This document shows positions 1 to 8,744 of a stretch of DNA of 55,115 bases, piece by piece. Position 1 is the first letter of the stretch; each line of letters begins with the position of its first letter. Both the position numbers and the translations under genes were made by a program. Origin of the DNA: Bdellovibrionota bacterium (GTDB lineage Bacteria; Bdellovibrionota; UBA1018; UBA923); the NCBI GenBank assembly GCA_040754655.1, contig JBFMCE010000008.1, positions 1 through 55,115 of the forward strand, written 5' to 3'. The notes under the pieces were generated by a model that ran no database searches, was not told where the DNA came from, and saw only the letters and a program-made list of their open reading frames with translations.

Positions 1-2
1 AT

Positions 3-1412
3 TCTTATTTTTTAAGAATTTTAAACCGTGAAAAACTGACCCACGTTCAAATCACTGCCCGCTTTGATCGGACCCTGAAAAGAAAAACGCTTCCTGAGAA
101 GGTTTTTCAAATAGACCTTGATAAGCTTAAAAACGCAGCTGATCAAATGAGTGAAGCAGGCTTCACTGATGTTGGCGCAAGGCTCTCAAAGCTCGTACAA
201 AGAGCTCAAGTTACCGGTAAAAAGATATCTATCTTCGATGTTAAAACAGCATTTGCCTCTAGCGCGCGCTATTCTAAAGTTGCTGAAAAAGAAACCTCAG
301 CACTGACAACCGATGTAAAGAATCGTTTCTCAAAATACTCGAAATTCGCCGTAGACGGTAGGCTTTGCGGGCAATGCGATTCTGCAAACTCGATGTTCAA
401 CGACCTTGCACAAATTTTATTTGAAGGCGACGATCGCATCAGCTTTTCTACTGTCGGCGTAGTGCGTTCTCGAGCACGCCTTCCTCTAGGAAGGCAGCGC
501 ATTTATCTTCACGATATCGGTCACCTCATGACCCAGCTCAACATCGATGGCCAACCAGCGGCGATACTTGACGCCACTCCGTGGCGACCAGATCCTAGAA
601 ACCCGTTCAATCCGAAAGAATGGGCTAAGAACGCCTTAAGGGCAGCACGCGCGTGGTTTCGAGATCGAGCCTTCAAGCCTGAAAAGCAAGACATCGAAAA
701 AAGTGCGGTAACCGAAGCGCAAGAAAAGGAAGAGCTTGCAGAGAAACAAAAAATTTCGAAATTAGACGAAATAGAGGTGAAACAAGCTGAACAGCAAAAG
801 AACAATGCAGGATTTATTGAAACGCTCCCTGTCGATGAACCGAAGGAAAGCCCGTGGATCACCCGCTACAGCTCTCAGTCTCAGAAAAAACAAGCAGACT
901 TTCTCAAAGATTTCGCAAAATACCGGTCAAGGCTCAGGTCTACCAACTCTGACCCCGCGAAGTCGGTTTATGCATTGCTCAAAGTAAACTCAGACTTTCT
1001 TGCCAATAATTCAACACTCGAAGCGGCCAAGCTTCAACTGATTCGTTTGTTTCCTGGAAAAGACGCAGAATCGATTCATTCACCAGAAACGCTGCTTTCA
1101 TTCACAGCTTCGCGAGCCCGTGATGTCGCGAAAGAACTTCGTTACATTGAAAATCTTTCACCCAAGCATGCTCACAATAAATTTCCGCATCTCGCCAAAA
1201 TCGAGGATCAAAGAAAGCTTAGAGAGTTGGCAAGCCATGTAGAATTGCCAGCTCTCGCGCTTAAGAACCCCGAGATTGAATCGCATCGAGCTTATCTCGC
1301 TAAAATCGAAAGAAAACTCGGAGCAGCTGCAGGTAAGTCGGCGACGGGAACCGGTTGCGCAACGCAAGCGGTAGGAAATCTTGTGCGCAATGCGGTTCTC
1401 AAAGGCCGGTGA
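3..1412 (+). CDS. Transglutaminase-like (Cys-His-Asp) domain protein, 5'-truncated by the window edge
   Basis: Frame is open from position 3 to the ORF-track Met at 147. Motifs GQCDSAN ... GHLMTQL ... LDATP match the GxC / H / DxT order of transglutaminase-like cores. Confidence 0.6.
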   Translation, partial: SYFLRILNREKLTHVQITARFDRTLKRKTLPEKVFQIDLDKLKNAADQMSEAGFTDVGARLSKLVQRAQVTGKKISIFDVKTAFASSARYSKVAEKETSALTTDVKNRFSKYSKFAVDGRLCGQCDSANSMFNDLAQILFEGDDRISFSTVGVVRSRARLPLGRQRIYLHDIGHLMTQLNIDGQPAAILDATPWRPDPRNPFNPKEWAKNALRAARAWFRDRAFKPEKQDIEKSAVTEAQEKEELAEKQKISKLDEIEVKQAEQQKNNAGFIETLPVDEPKESPWITRYSSQSQKKQADFLKDFAKYRSRLRSTNSDPAKSVYALLKVNSDFLANNSTLEAAKLQLIRLFPGKDAESIHSPETLLSFTASRARDVAKELRYIENLSPKHAHNKFPHLAKIEDQRKLRELASHVELPALALKNPEIESHRAYLAKIERKLGAAAGKSATGTGCATQAVGNLVRNAVLKGR

Positions 1413-1415
1413 ACC

Positions 1416-1940
1416 TTAGAAGATCCACCAAAACTCCCACCAGCTTTTTCTTACAAAAGCACCTTGAACAAGCGACACCGAAACAGATTGTGCCCTGAAA
1501 TAAAGCCCCCTCCAAAAAAAATCTTCCCGTTCACTCAACGTCTCAAAGTTCACTTCAAGCGCACCCTGCGCCATCAGGCCTTCGGCTACCTCTTGCATCG
1601 CTTTGCGCTCTTGTATGTTCAGTTCGACAGCGCCTGAATAGTGTTCGTAAAGCAGCCCTTCCAAAAGCATCAGCTCACTTTCAAAAGCGAGGTATTTCAG
1701 CGGCAGAGGACCTGCGGTCCGATACTCTTCAACCGAAACACAACGGTATCTGTTTACTTTGGCCTGTTTCGCCGTTTCCCAATAAAATCCCAAAACATTC
1801 TCAACCTCGTCAAACTCGAAAGCATTTTCACGAGACCATCCATTTTTCGTGAATACGACCCACGAATTGATGTAGACCGCAGTGTGTTCTGGCTTGGGAT
1901 AAGTCCCTTTGATTCGCTCAGACACATCTTCAAGAACCAT
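1416..1940 (-). CDS. Hypothetical protein (~174 aa), translationally coupled to the Fic gene
   Basis: ATG at 1940 (MVLEDVSER) overlaps the 3' end of the Fic gene (stop at 1930-1932). No recognisable motif. Confidence 0.55.
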   Translation of the reverse strand: MVLEDVSERIKGTYPKPEHTAVYINSWVVFTKNGWSRENAFEFDEVENVLGFYWETAKQAKVNRYRCVSVEEYRTAGPLPLKYLAFESELMLLEGLLYEHYSGAVELNIQERKAMQEVAEGLMAQGALEVNFETLSEREDFFWRGLYFRAQSVSVSLVQGAFVRKSWWEFWWIF

Positions 1941-3009
1941 CGAATCGCTGCCGATACCGCGACCCACGGCCCGCCCCGTCTTGAACGAGATGCCCGCTTG
2001 CAACGAGCGCTTTGAAATGCGCCTTGACTGTATTTCTATTAGCCCGAGTGGCTATCACTACTTCTAAGACAGAGGCTGAGCCACGCTGTTTGACAAGCTC
2101 GATGATCTGAAGAGAAAGCTCAGGTAGTTTTGCAAACAAAACTTCGTCTTTAAGCTTTTTCTCAAGCGCCGCTTTCTGCTTTTGCATGCACTGAAGAAAA
2201 AAAACTATCCACTCTCCAATACCGGAATCCTTTTTCCCCAATGAGGTCTGCGCTCTTCTTAAGGCGAGATAGTAATTGTCTTTATTTTCCTCAATCACGC
2301 GCTCCATCGAACTATAGGGAACATAAGAATACCCATGACGAAGCAACAATAGCGTGGTCAACGCTCGCGATAATCTTCCGTTTCCATCTTGAAACGGATG
2401 AATCTTAAGAAATACGACCACGAGAATGCTGATCACCAAAAGAGGATGGAGTTTTTTTTCTTGAAGCTCGGCATTCGTCCAACCAACAAGCTCTGCCATG
2501 CTCTTTGGGGTATCAAAAGGAGAAGTAGTCTCAAAGATGACTCCAAGACTTTTGCCACTGGCGTCGAATGCTTCGACGCTGTTTGGTAATTTTTTATACT
2601 CGCCACGGTGGCGTTCATCTTTAGAGCTATGCTTCAACAGCACGCCGTGAAGCTGCTTGACATATTTTTCTGAGAGGGGAATTTCGGCAAAAGAACTGAA
2701 GATCAGTTCCATGATCTCGGCATAGCCAGCCACCTCCTGCTCGTCACGTGAGCGAAAGGAATAGGTTTTTACGCTACGAAGCAGTGCCTCAACTTCCACA
2801 TTTGAAAGCTTGACCCCTTCAATTCGCGTGCTTGATCCCACAGATTCTATGGTTGCAACCTGCTTTAAGGCCGCTAAACGCTCTGGAGCCAAGGCATGGG
2901 TTGCTGTCCAACGACCCTTGAACTCGTCAAGTTCGGCGATAAGATTCACAATTTCTGTCGTAAGTGGGATCTCTAGGGCAAACAACTTCATATCCATTAC
3001 TATATCCAT
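1930..3009 (-). CDS. Fic family protein with N-terminal inhibitory helix and C-terminal HTH
   Basis: Catalytic motif HPFQDGNGRLSR, inhibitory motif SSTRIEG, and C-terminal wHTH-like segment (NRNTVKAHFKALV...GAGRGSRY). Start could be 3009, 2997 or 2991. Confidence 0.93.
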   Translation of the reverse strand: MDIVMDMKLFALEIPLTTEIVNLIAELDEFKGRWTATHALAPERLAALKQVATIESVGSSTRIEGVKLSNVEVEALLRSVKTYSFRSRDEQEVAGYAEIMELIFSSFAEIPLSEKYVKQLHGVLLKHSSKDERHRGEYKKLPNSVEAFDASGKSLGVIFETTSPFDTPKSMAELVGWTNAELQEKKLHPLLVISILVVVFLKIHPFQDGNGRLSRALTTLLLLRHGYSYVPYSSMERVIEENKDNYYLALRRAQTSLGKKDSGIGEWIVFFLQCMQKQKAALEKKLKDEVLFAKLPELSLQIIELVKQRGSASVLEVVIATRANRNTVKAHFKALVASGHLVQDGAGRGSRYRQRFDGS

Positions 3010-3072
3010 TTATATCCATTTAATCAATATTAAAGCTCATAATTGGATACAAATGGATATTAAAATGGATAT
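2990..3072. promoter_or_regulatory. Symmetric array of three ATATCCATT boxes facing three AATGGATAT-like boxes (putative Fic-HTH operator)
   Basis: Boxes at 2990-2998, 3002-3010 and 3012-3020 mirror boxes at 3064-3072, 3052-3060 and 3042-3050 (the last is degenerate, ATTGGATAC) about centre 3031. Confidence 0.6.
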
Positions 3073-3082
3073 AAAACCCGAT

Positions 3083-3589
3083 CTACTTGCCCTTAATCTT
3101 CTCAATAATTTTGGTTGTAGATTTGCCTTCAAGGTACTGCACGGAATAGACTCGGCCGCCCCACTCAAGCACTTCACGCGAACCTAAGATTTTAGAAACT
3201 TCCCAGTCACCGCCTTTGACCAAGACCTGCGGATGAAGCTTCTTAATTGTAGGAATAGGATTTGCCCCGCCAAACCAAGTCACAGCATCAACAGACTCAA
3301 GCCCTGAGAGCACAGCCATCCTGGATTTCAGCGGATTCACCGGGCGTCCAACGCCCTTCAGTTTGCGAACAGCAGCATCTGTGTCTAAAGCCACAACCAA
3401 GAAATCACCCTTGCTGCGCGCAGCTTCGAGATACTGAACATGCCCTGGATGCAAGATATCAAAGCACCCATTGGTAAACACCACACGTTTACCTTGCCGT
3501 GCGGCCTTGCGACAAAGCTCGGCCGCTTTGACCGGAGACAGAACCTTGCTTTGAGATGAACGAGGCTTATTAGACTTCAACCCACTCAA
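3083..3589 (-). CDS. rfaE2: D-glycero-beta-D-manno-heptose 1-phosphate adenylyltransferase
   Basis: VFTNGCFDILHPGHVQYL, LKG..RP, LVKGGDW and STTKIIEKI motifs. Confidence 0.93.
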   Translation of the reverse strand: MSGLKSNKPRSSQSKVLSPVKAAELCRKAARQGKRVVFTNGCFDILHPGHVQYLEAARSKGDFLVVALDTDAAVRKLKGVGRPVNPLKSRMAVLSGLESVDAVTWFGGANPIPTIKKLHPQVLVKGGDWEVSKILGSREVLEWGGRVYSVQYLEGKSTTKIIEKIKGK

Positions 3590-4272
3590 CCTGCCACGAC
3601 TTCGCTGTCGGTGATCACATCATGCCAGCATCGATGCTTGGGATCGAAAAAATACCAAAACAAACCGATTCCAAACGGAATCGCAGCCACAAAAAAACAA
3701 ACCGCGCGCCCTAGAGTCGCAAAACCCGAGGCCGAACGAATGCGAATGCCTAAAATCGCCTTGCCCAGCGTTCTTCGCCAAGTGGTTTCTTGAATTAGAA
3801 AATAACCCATATGCACCACGACGTAGAGCAACACCAAGGGCCAGAACATCTGCATGCTGTCATTACGATCACGCATCAATGCGCCCACGTCGTACCCGTT
3901 CAAAGAGAAACTCGCCCAAACGATCACTCCAAAAATCAAAGCGGCAAATGCGAGATCAATGCAAAATGCGACGATGCGCTTTAAAAAACCTGCACTGACA
4001 CTTTCTGTTTCAATTTGTTTCACAGGCGAGTGTGTCTCGAAGCTTGTTGTTTGCTGCACCTTTGTTTGGTGCTCCTCCGCAGGAAGCGGGCTCGCATCTG
4101 GCGAGCTGCGAGGAGATCTGGGCGGCGGAAAATTAAATTGCACCATTGGCCGTCGCTTCAAATGAGTGGGGGTGTAGGGCAATCCATCTGAGAAATGGTT
4201 GAGCCCTAATCCTTCAGTCATCGGCTTGAATCGATTCGGATCAAATTGTTCAATTTCTTTATCCATACCCAC
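3586..4272 (-). CDS. RDD family membrane protein
   Basis: KRIVAFCID, TLGKAILGIRI and RCWHDVI motifs with TM segments. Confidence 0.88.
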   Translation of the reverse strand: MGMDKEIEQFDPNRFKPMTEGLGLNHFSDGLPYTPTHLKRRPMVQFNFPPPRSPRSSPDASPLPAEEHQTKVQQTTSFETHSPVKQIETESVSAGFLKRIVAFCIDLAFAALIFGVIVWASFSLNGYDVGALMRDRNDSMQMFWPLVLLYVVVHMGYFLIQETTWRRTLGKAILGIRIRSASGFATLGRAVCFFVAAIPFGIGLFWYFFDPKHRCWHDVITDSEVVAG

Positions 4273-4314
4273 CTATTATGGTCAACGTAGTCTCACAAAG
4301 CAACAAAACTATCG

Positions 4315-5100
4315 CTAACTTCTCGAAACTAAACGACTGACGCGCATCAATGTCAAAGCAGAGACTATCGCGGTTTCAACGCGAAGCACCATTTTTCCAA
4401 GACTGTGCTCTCTCCAACCCGACGCCAAAAGCTCTTCTCGCTCATAAGGCGCAAACCCTCCTTCAGGACCGATAAGCAGGCTCACCGCCTGAGTTTTTGA
4501 GTTCGCCAGGTCACCCCACAAAGATTGCACCGCTCCTTTTTCTTCGACCTGTCCTCGCAGTTCGGAAGAAAAAACAAGACTGGGTTTTGAAACAGGTTTG
4601 ATCCAACTTTTCCACTCAATGGGTTCAGCGATTCTCAGGTGCCACGCCTGTTCAGACTGTTCAAGGGCCTGATCGGCGATCATCCTCCAACGGTGCAGGT
4701 ACTTCGCCAAATCGCCGCGATCAGGTTTCACGACGCTGCGTGAGCTCACGACCGGAGTCACTTGGGTGGCCTGGCATTCGACGGCCTTTTCAATGATCCA
4801 GTCCATCGTTGAATTCTTCGGCATGCACACGACGAGTTCCGTCTCAGGAAGTTTGGGTTGGGTGAAAAGAAGTTCTTCAAGCCTTGCCGCTCCAGAGTCA
4901 CCGCGTTTTTCAAGGACCGCCCTGAAAACACGGCCTACTCCATCGATCACGCGCAACTCTTCATTCCATTCGGTTCTTAAAACCTTGCGCAAGTGTTTGA
5001 GTTTTTCACGCTCGATCTCTATCGCAACGCCAGCACCTTGCGCTTCGGCGGCGTCGGGAACTACGACCCAGCGGATTGCACCATGGCGAGAAGTCTTCAT
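4315..5100 (-). CDS. rsmE: 16S rRNA m3U1498 methyltransferase
   Basis: HLRKVLR, IIEKAVE, EQS, IGPEGGF and LGKMVLRVETA motifs. Confidence 0.93.
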   Translation of the reverse strand: MKTSRHGAIRWVVVPDAAEAQGAGVAIEIEREKLKHLRKVLRTEWNEELRVIDGVGRVFRAVLEKRGDSGAARLEELLFTQPKLPETELVVCMPKNSTMDWIIEKAVECQATQVTPVVSSRSVVKPDRGDLAKYLHRWRMIADQALEQSEQAWHLRIAEPIEWKSWIKPVSKPSLVFSSELRGQVEEKGAVQSLWGDLANSKTQAVSLLIGPEGGFAPYEREELLASGWREHSLGKMVLRVETAIVSALTLMRVSRLVSRS

Positions 5101-6632
5101 AATCGATCTTGCACCTCTATTTCTGCAAGCGTGTGAAAGCTTCCTGTCGGATAGAGCTTCACATTCTCAAATTTCTTATGGCCGATGAAAACCGTGTTCC
5201 AGTGCCATAAGGATACATAAGGTAATTCTATCGCGGCAAGCTTCTGAACTTCTGAAAATAAATTTCTTCGCTTTCGATCGTCTGGCTCAGACATAGCCTT
5301 GTCTAATAAATCATCCATGGCTTTGTTCGAATACGCGCCGCGGTTGAGCCCCCCTCGAGACTGGGATGAATGAAAAACCCGCGCGTAGATCGACGGATTC
5401 GTCACGCCGACCCACCTAGCCTGAAAAAGGTCGAAATTCCCCGCCTTGATCTCTGAAAAAAAAGTCCCTGTCTCCACGACCTGCAATCTTACGTCGATGC
5501 CCACTTGCCGCAGGTACTCGCTCAAGACCTTGGCCATATCGTAACCTGCGCGCTCAGAGGTCGTCTTGAAGTTCAGCGCGAACCGCTTGGCCCCGGGCGA
5601 TGGCCTCGGAAAACCCGCTTCATCAAGAAGCCTTTCCGCCAGCGCCGGATCGTACGGATACGCCTCTACGGCGGGTTGGTAGTATTCACGGTGCGCTGAC
5701 GACAGAATTCCGGTGGCCGGTTTCGCGTAACCGTGCATCCGATGTGTCAAGATCGTTTGAACGTCAATGCTATGGGCTATCGCCTGGCGCACCTTAAGAT
5801 CCGCAAGCTTTGGATTTTTAAAGTTGAAGCAAAGATACCCAAAACTCACGCCTTCGGATTTCCTCAATTGCAGCTCGCCCTTCAGATGAGCTTGTAGATG
5901 ATGGGTCTTGATCAAACCCAAGCTATTGATGGCTACGTTCGCATCGCCCCGGACTAAAAGTTGATATCGCGTAAGCTCATCCTGCACGAACAGGAACTTG
6001 ATTTTCTTCAGATTCCCGCCCTGGTCTTCAGACATTTTGCTTTCAACTCTTTCTAAAAGCGCTCCGGAAGCAGTAAGCTCGACCAAACGAAACTGACCCG
6101 CGCCTACGACCGCTCCGTTCACTCGCTTGAACACCTTCACGGCGGGTAAGTCATATAAAAGAAAGGGCTGGGCGGCCCGTGTCTCAATGAAAAGATCGTG
6201 ATCACCGCGATGATAAACCCGTTGCACCGGATCGAAGACGACTGCGTGAGGGCTTTTTTGACGAAACTCCTCAATAGAGCGCACCACATCCGATGCCCTC
6301 AACGGCGTTCCATCATGAAAAAAAAGACCTGGCCTTAGCTTAAAGTGAAAGCGCCTTTGGTTTTCTATGGCTACGCTCTCAGCCAGGCCTGGCGAGGGCT
6401 TCATGTCTTTTCCGATTTCAAAAAGACCGGCATGGATCAAATTGCCAATCTTCTGGCCTACCGCATCACCCGCGAGGTAGGGCTCAAGGTTGCGTGGGCG
6501 TGATTCAACAACCACGACGGCAGTATCTGCCGGTACCGAAGGCCTCTGGCACGCAATCCCAAACCACAGGGGAAGAACTGCCAGTAGACGAGAAATAAAT
6601 CGCAGCCCGGCAGTTGGAAAATTTCTCGGCAT
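5097..6632 (-). CDS. ABC transporter substrate-binding lipoprotein, family 5 (peptide/nickel)
   Basis: Lipobox GIAC, LRPGLFFHDGTPL, VRQAIAHSID and YDPALAERLLDEAG. Confidence 0.9.
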   Translation of the reverse strand: MPRNFPTAGLRFISRLLAVLPLWFGIACQRPSVPADTAVVVVESRPRNLEPYLAGDAVGQKIGNLIHAGLFEIGKDMKPSPGLAESVAIENQRRFHFKLRPGLFFHDGTPLRASDVVRSIEEFRQKSPHAVVFDPVQRVYHRGDHDLFIETRAAQPFLLYDLPAVKVFKRVNGAVVGAGQFRLVELTASGALLERVESKMSEDQGGNLKKIKFLFVQDELTRYQLLVRGDANVAINSLGLIKTHHLQAHLKGELQLRKSEGVSFGYLCFNFKNPKLADLKVRQAIAHSIDVQTILTHRMHGYAKPATGILSSAHREYYQPAVEAYPYDPALAERLLDEAGFPRPSPGAKRFALNFKTTSERAGYDMAKVLSEYLRQVGIDVRLQVVETGTFFSEIKAGNFDLFQARWVGVTNPSIYARVFHSSQSRGGLNRGAYSNKAMDDLLDKAMSEPDDRKRRNLFSEVQKLAAIELPYVSLWHWNTVFIGHKKFENVKLYPTGSFHTLAEIEVQDRL

Positions 6633-6651
6633 CCCATAGACTTAACACAGC

Positions 6652-7971
6652 ATGGATGCGCGAAGATATCGTCAACTTTTAGGTGTTCTTTCAATAATGA
6701 TCTCGTTCTGCCTCTCTGCGCCAGAAGTTCGGGCTGAAGAGTCAACGACGACACAAGATATTGAGATGGTAAAGGCCGGACTTCTCGTCGAGCCTCCTTT
6801 GCGCAAGAGGGTTGAGTTCTGGATTTCGATTTACACCCAGTACTCGACCTCGGAAGGCGTCATACACGACGCCAAATACCCCGAGATCATCTACGAGAAA
6901 CTCGATTTCAGATCTGACAGCGAAGACTTTTCAACGCCACAAAAGGTCAAACAAAAAAGAAAGCAAAACAAGATCAAGGAAGTGAAAAACTTCTATCAAA
7001 AGCTTTTGCTGGCGATGCACAAGAAACAAAAGAAAAATGAGCCCTTTTCCGAAGCTGAAAAACGCATCGCTGATCTCTACAAAACCGTGGACGAGCCCAA
7101 CAAATTCCACAGCGCAGCCCACAATAAGCGCATTCGTTTTCAATTGGGCCAGAAAGATCGCTTCCTTCAGGGGCTGTATTATTCGGGCCGTTACCTTGGC
7201 ATCATGGAAAAAATCTTCAAAGCCAGGGGAGTGCCTGTCGCGATCACGCGGTTGCCCTTCGTCGAATCTTCCTTCAATCTGAAAGCCAGGTCGAAAGTGG
7301 GCGCAAGCGGCATCTGGCAGTTCATGCGCTCGACCGGAAAGCTCTACCTCAAGATCAACGACACCATTGATGAACGCAATGATCCTATTCGAGCCACCGA
7401 GGCGGCCGCGTCTTTGCTTCTTCACAATTATGAAGCCTTAGGCAGCTGGCCCTTGGCTATCACCGCGTACAACCACGGCCGCAAAGGATTGATGCGCGCG
7501 GTTCGAAAGGTGGGCAGCGATGAACTTCACGAGATCATCGATGAGTACCGGTCTCGAAGTTTCGGTTTCGCCTCGAGCAACTTCTTCGCGGAATTCATGG
7601 CCGCGGCTGAAGTCGAAAGAAATGCGACCAAGTACTTTGGCTCGGTTGAGCGCGACAAGCCCATCGAATTCTCTGAGTTCGTCATGAACGATTACATCAG
7701 AGTGCATGATCTTGCGACCTACACTCGCATCTCGCCTGATGCCTTGATGGAATTGAATCCCGGGCTCTCAGATCAAGTCGTGAAAGGAAAGAAATTCATT
7801 CCTTCCGGATACGTTTTGAGAATACCGGTCGACTTCAAAGAAACATTCCTCGCGCGGTACAACGAAATTCCCGCGAACAAGCGATACAATGCCCAAGCGC
7901 AGCCCAAGCCCATCTTCAAGACAAGTTCGCGCGCAACGCCTCGAACGCGCAGCATCAGCAAGTCAAATTAA
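6652..7971 (+). CDS. Lytic murein transglycosylase, MltD-like (SLT domain)
   Basis: Signal peptide; VESSF, GASGIWQFM and AITAYNHG motifs; LysM-like LMELNP segment. Confidence 0.9.
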   Translation: MDARRYRQLLGVLSIMISFCLSAPEVRAEESTTTQDIEMVKAGLLVEPPLRKRVEFWISIYTQYSTSEGVIHDAKYPEIIYEKLDFRSDSEDFSTPQKVKQKRKQNKIKEVKNFYQKLLLAMHKKQKKNEPFSEAEKRIADLYKTVDEPNKFHSAAHNKRIRFQLGQKDRFLQGLYYSGRYLGIMEKIFKARGVPVAITRLPFVESSFNLKARSKVGASGIWQFMRSTGKLYLKINDTIDERNDPIRATEAAASLLLHNYEALGSWPLAITAYNHGRKGLMRAVRKVGSDELHEIIDEYRSRSFGFASSNFFAEFMAAAEVERNATKYFGSVERDKPIEFSEFVMNDYIRVHDLATYTRISPDALMELNPGLSDQVVKGKKFIPSGYVLRIPVDFKETFLARYNEIPANKRYNAQAQPKPIFKTSSRATPRTRSISKSN

Positions 7972-8020
7972 CTGCTTGACCAAGTGATCGTCTGTCATTA
8001 ATAAGCGGTCTCTCAAGTGG

Positions 8021-8074
8021 CCATCGGGGGTATCAGCATCTTGACCCACACCCTTGAGAAAATACCCCCGATGG
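8021..8074. other. 13-bp perfect inverted repeat (stem-loop) between the MltD-like gene and udk
   Basis: CCATCGGGGGTAT (8021-8033) pairs with ATACCCCCGATGG (8062-8074). Confidence 0.6.
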
Positions 8075-8129
8075 TTCGCGAGAGGTTCCTTGCAACCCGC
8101 TCTCGGATAACGTAGATTTCCTTCTCATC

Positions 8130-8744
8130 ATGTTTCTCATCGGCATCGCAGGCGGCTCAGGCTCTGGAAAAACCACATTTGCTCAAAAAGTCGTTCGCCT
8201 CGTAGCGTCAGACCAGCTCATACATTTGCATCAAGATTCTTATTACCTCCCTTCGCAATCCAAGGAAAACTTTGTGAAAGGGAAACCCAATTTCGACCAC
8301 CCCGACGCTTTCGATTGGGCATTGCTTCGAAGCCAACTGATCGCAATCAAAAGAGGAGAGAGCATCGCCTGCCCGGTTTATGATTTCACGACAAGCACTC
8401 GCAAGCCCGAGACGCTTTCGGTAGGCCCTGCTAAAATCTGCGTTTTCGACGGCATTTACGCCCTTTGGGACGAAGAGATCCGCTCGATGATGAATCTCAG
8501 GGTCTTTCTCGATGTCGATGCCGATATCCGTTTCATCCGGCGTCTTCATCGCGATGTGAAAGAACGCGGTCGAAACCTTGATAGCATCATCACCCAATAT
8601 TATGACACCGTAAGGCCGATGCACCGGCAATACCTTGAACCCACGATGCAGTTCGCTGACCTCACGGTTGGCGAGGAAACCGATACTCCGGCCGAGGTGC
8701 TGGCAAGCCGGATTCGGGAAGTGCTGCAGGAGAATGGCTCATGA
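8130..8744 (+). CDS. udk: Uridine kinase
   Basis: GIAGGSGSGKTT, NFDHPDAFD, RRLHRDVKERGR and VRPMH motifs. Confidence 0.95.
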   Translation: MFLIGIAGGSGSGKTTFAQKVVRLVASDQLIHLHQDSYYLPSQSKENFVKGKPNFDHPDAFDWALLRSQLIAIKRGESIACPVYDFTTSTRKPETLSVGPAKICVFDGIYALWDEEIRSMMNLRVFLDVDADIRFIRRLHRDVKERGRNLDSIITQYYDTVRPMHRQYLEPTMQFADLTVGEETDTPAEVLASRIREVLQENGS

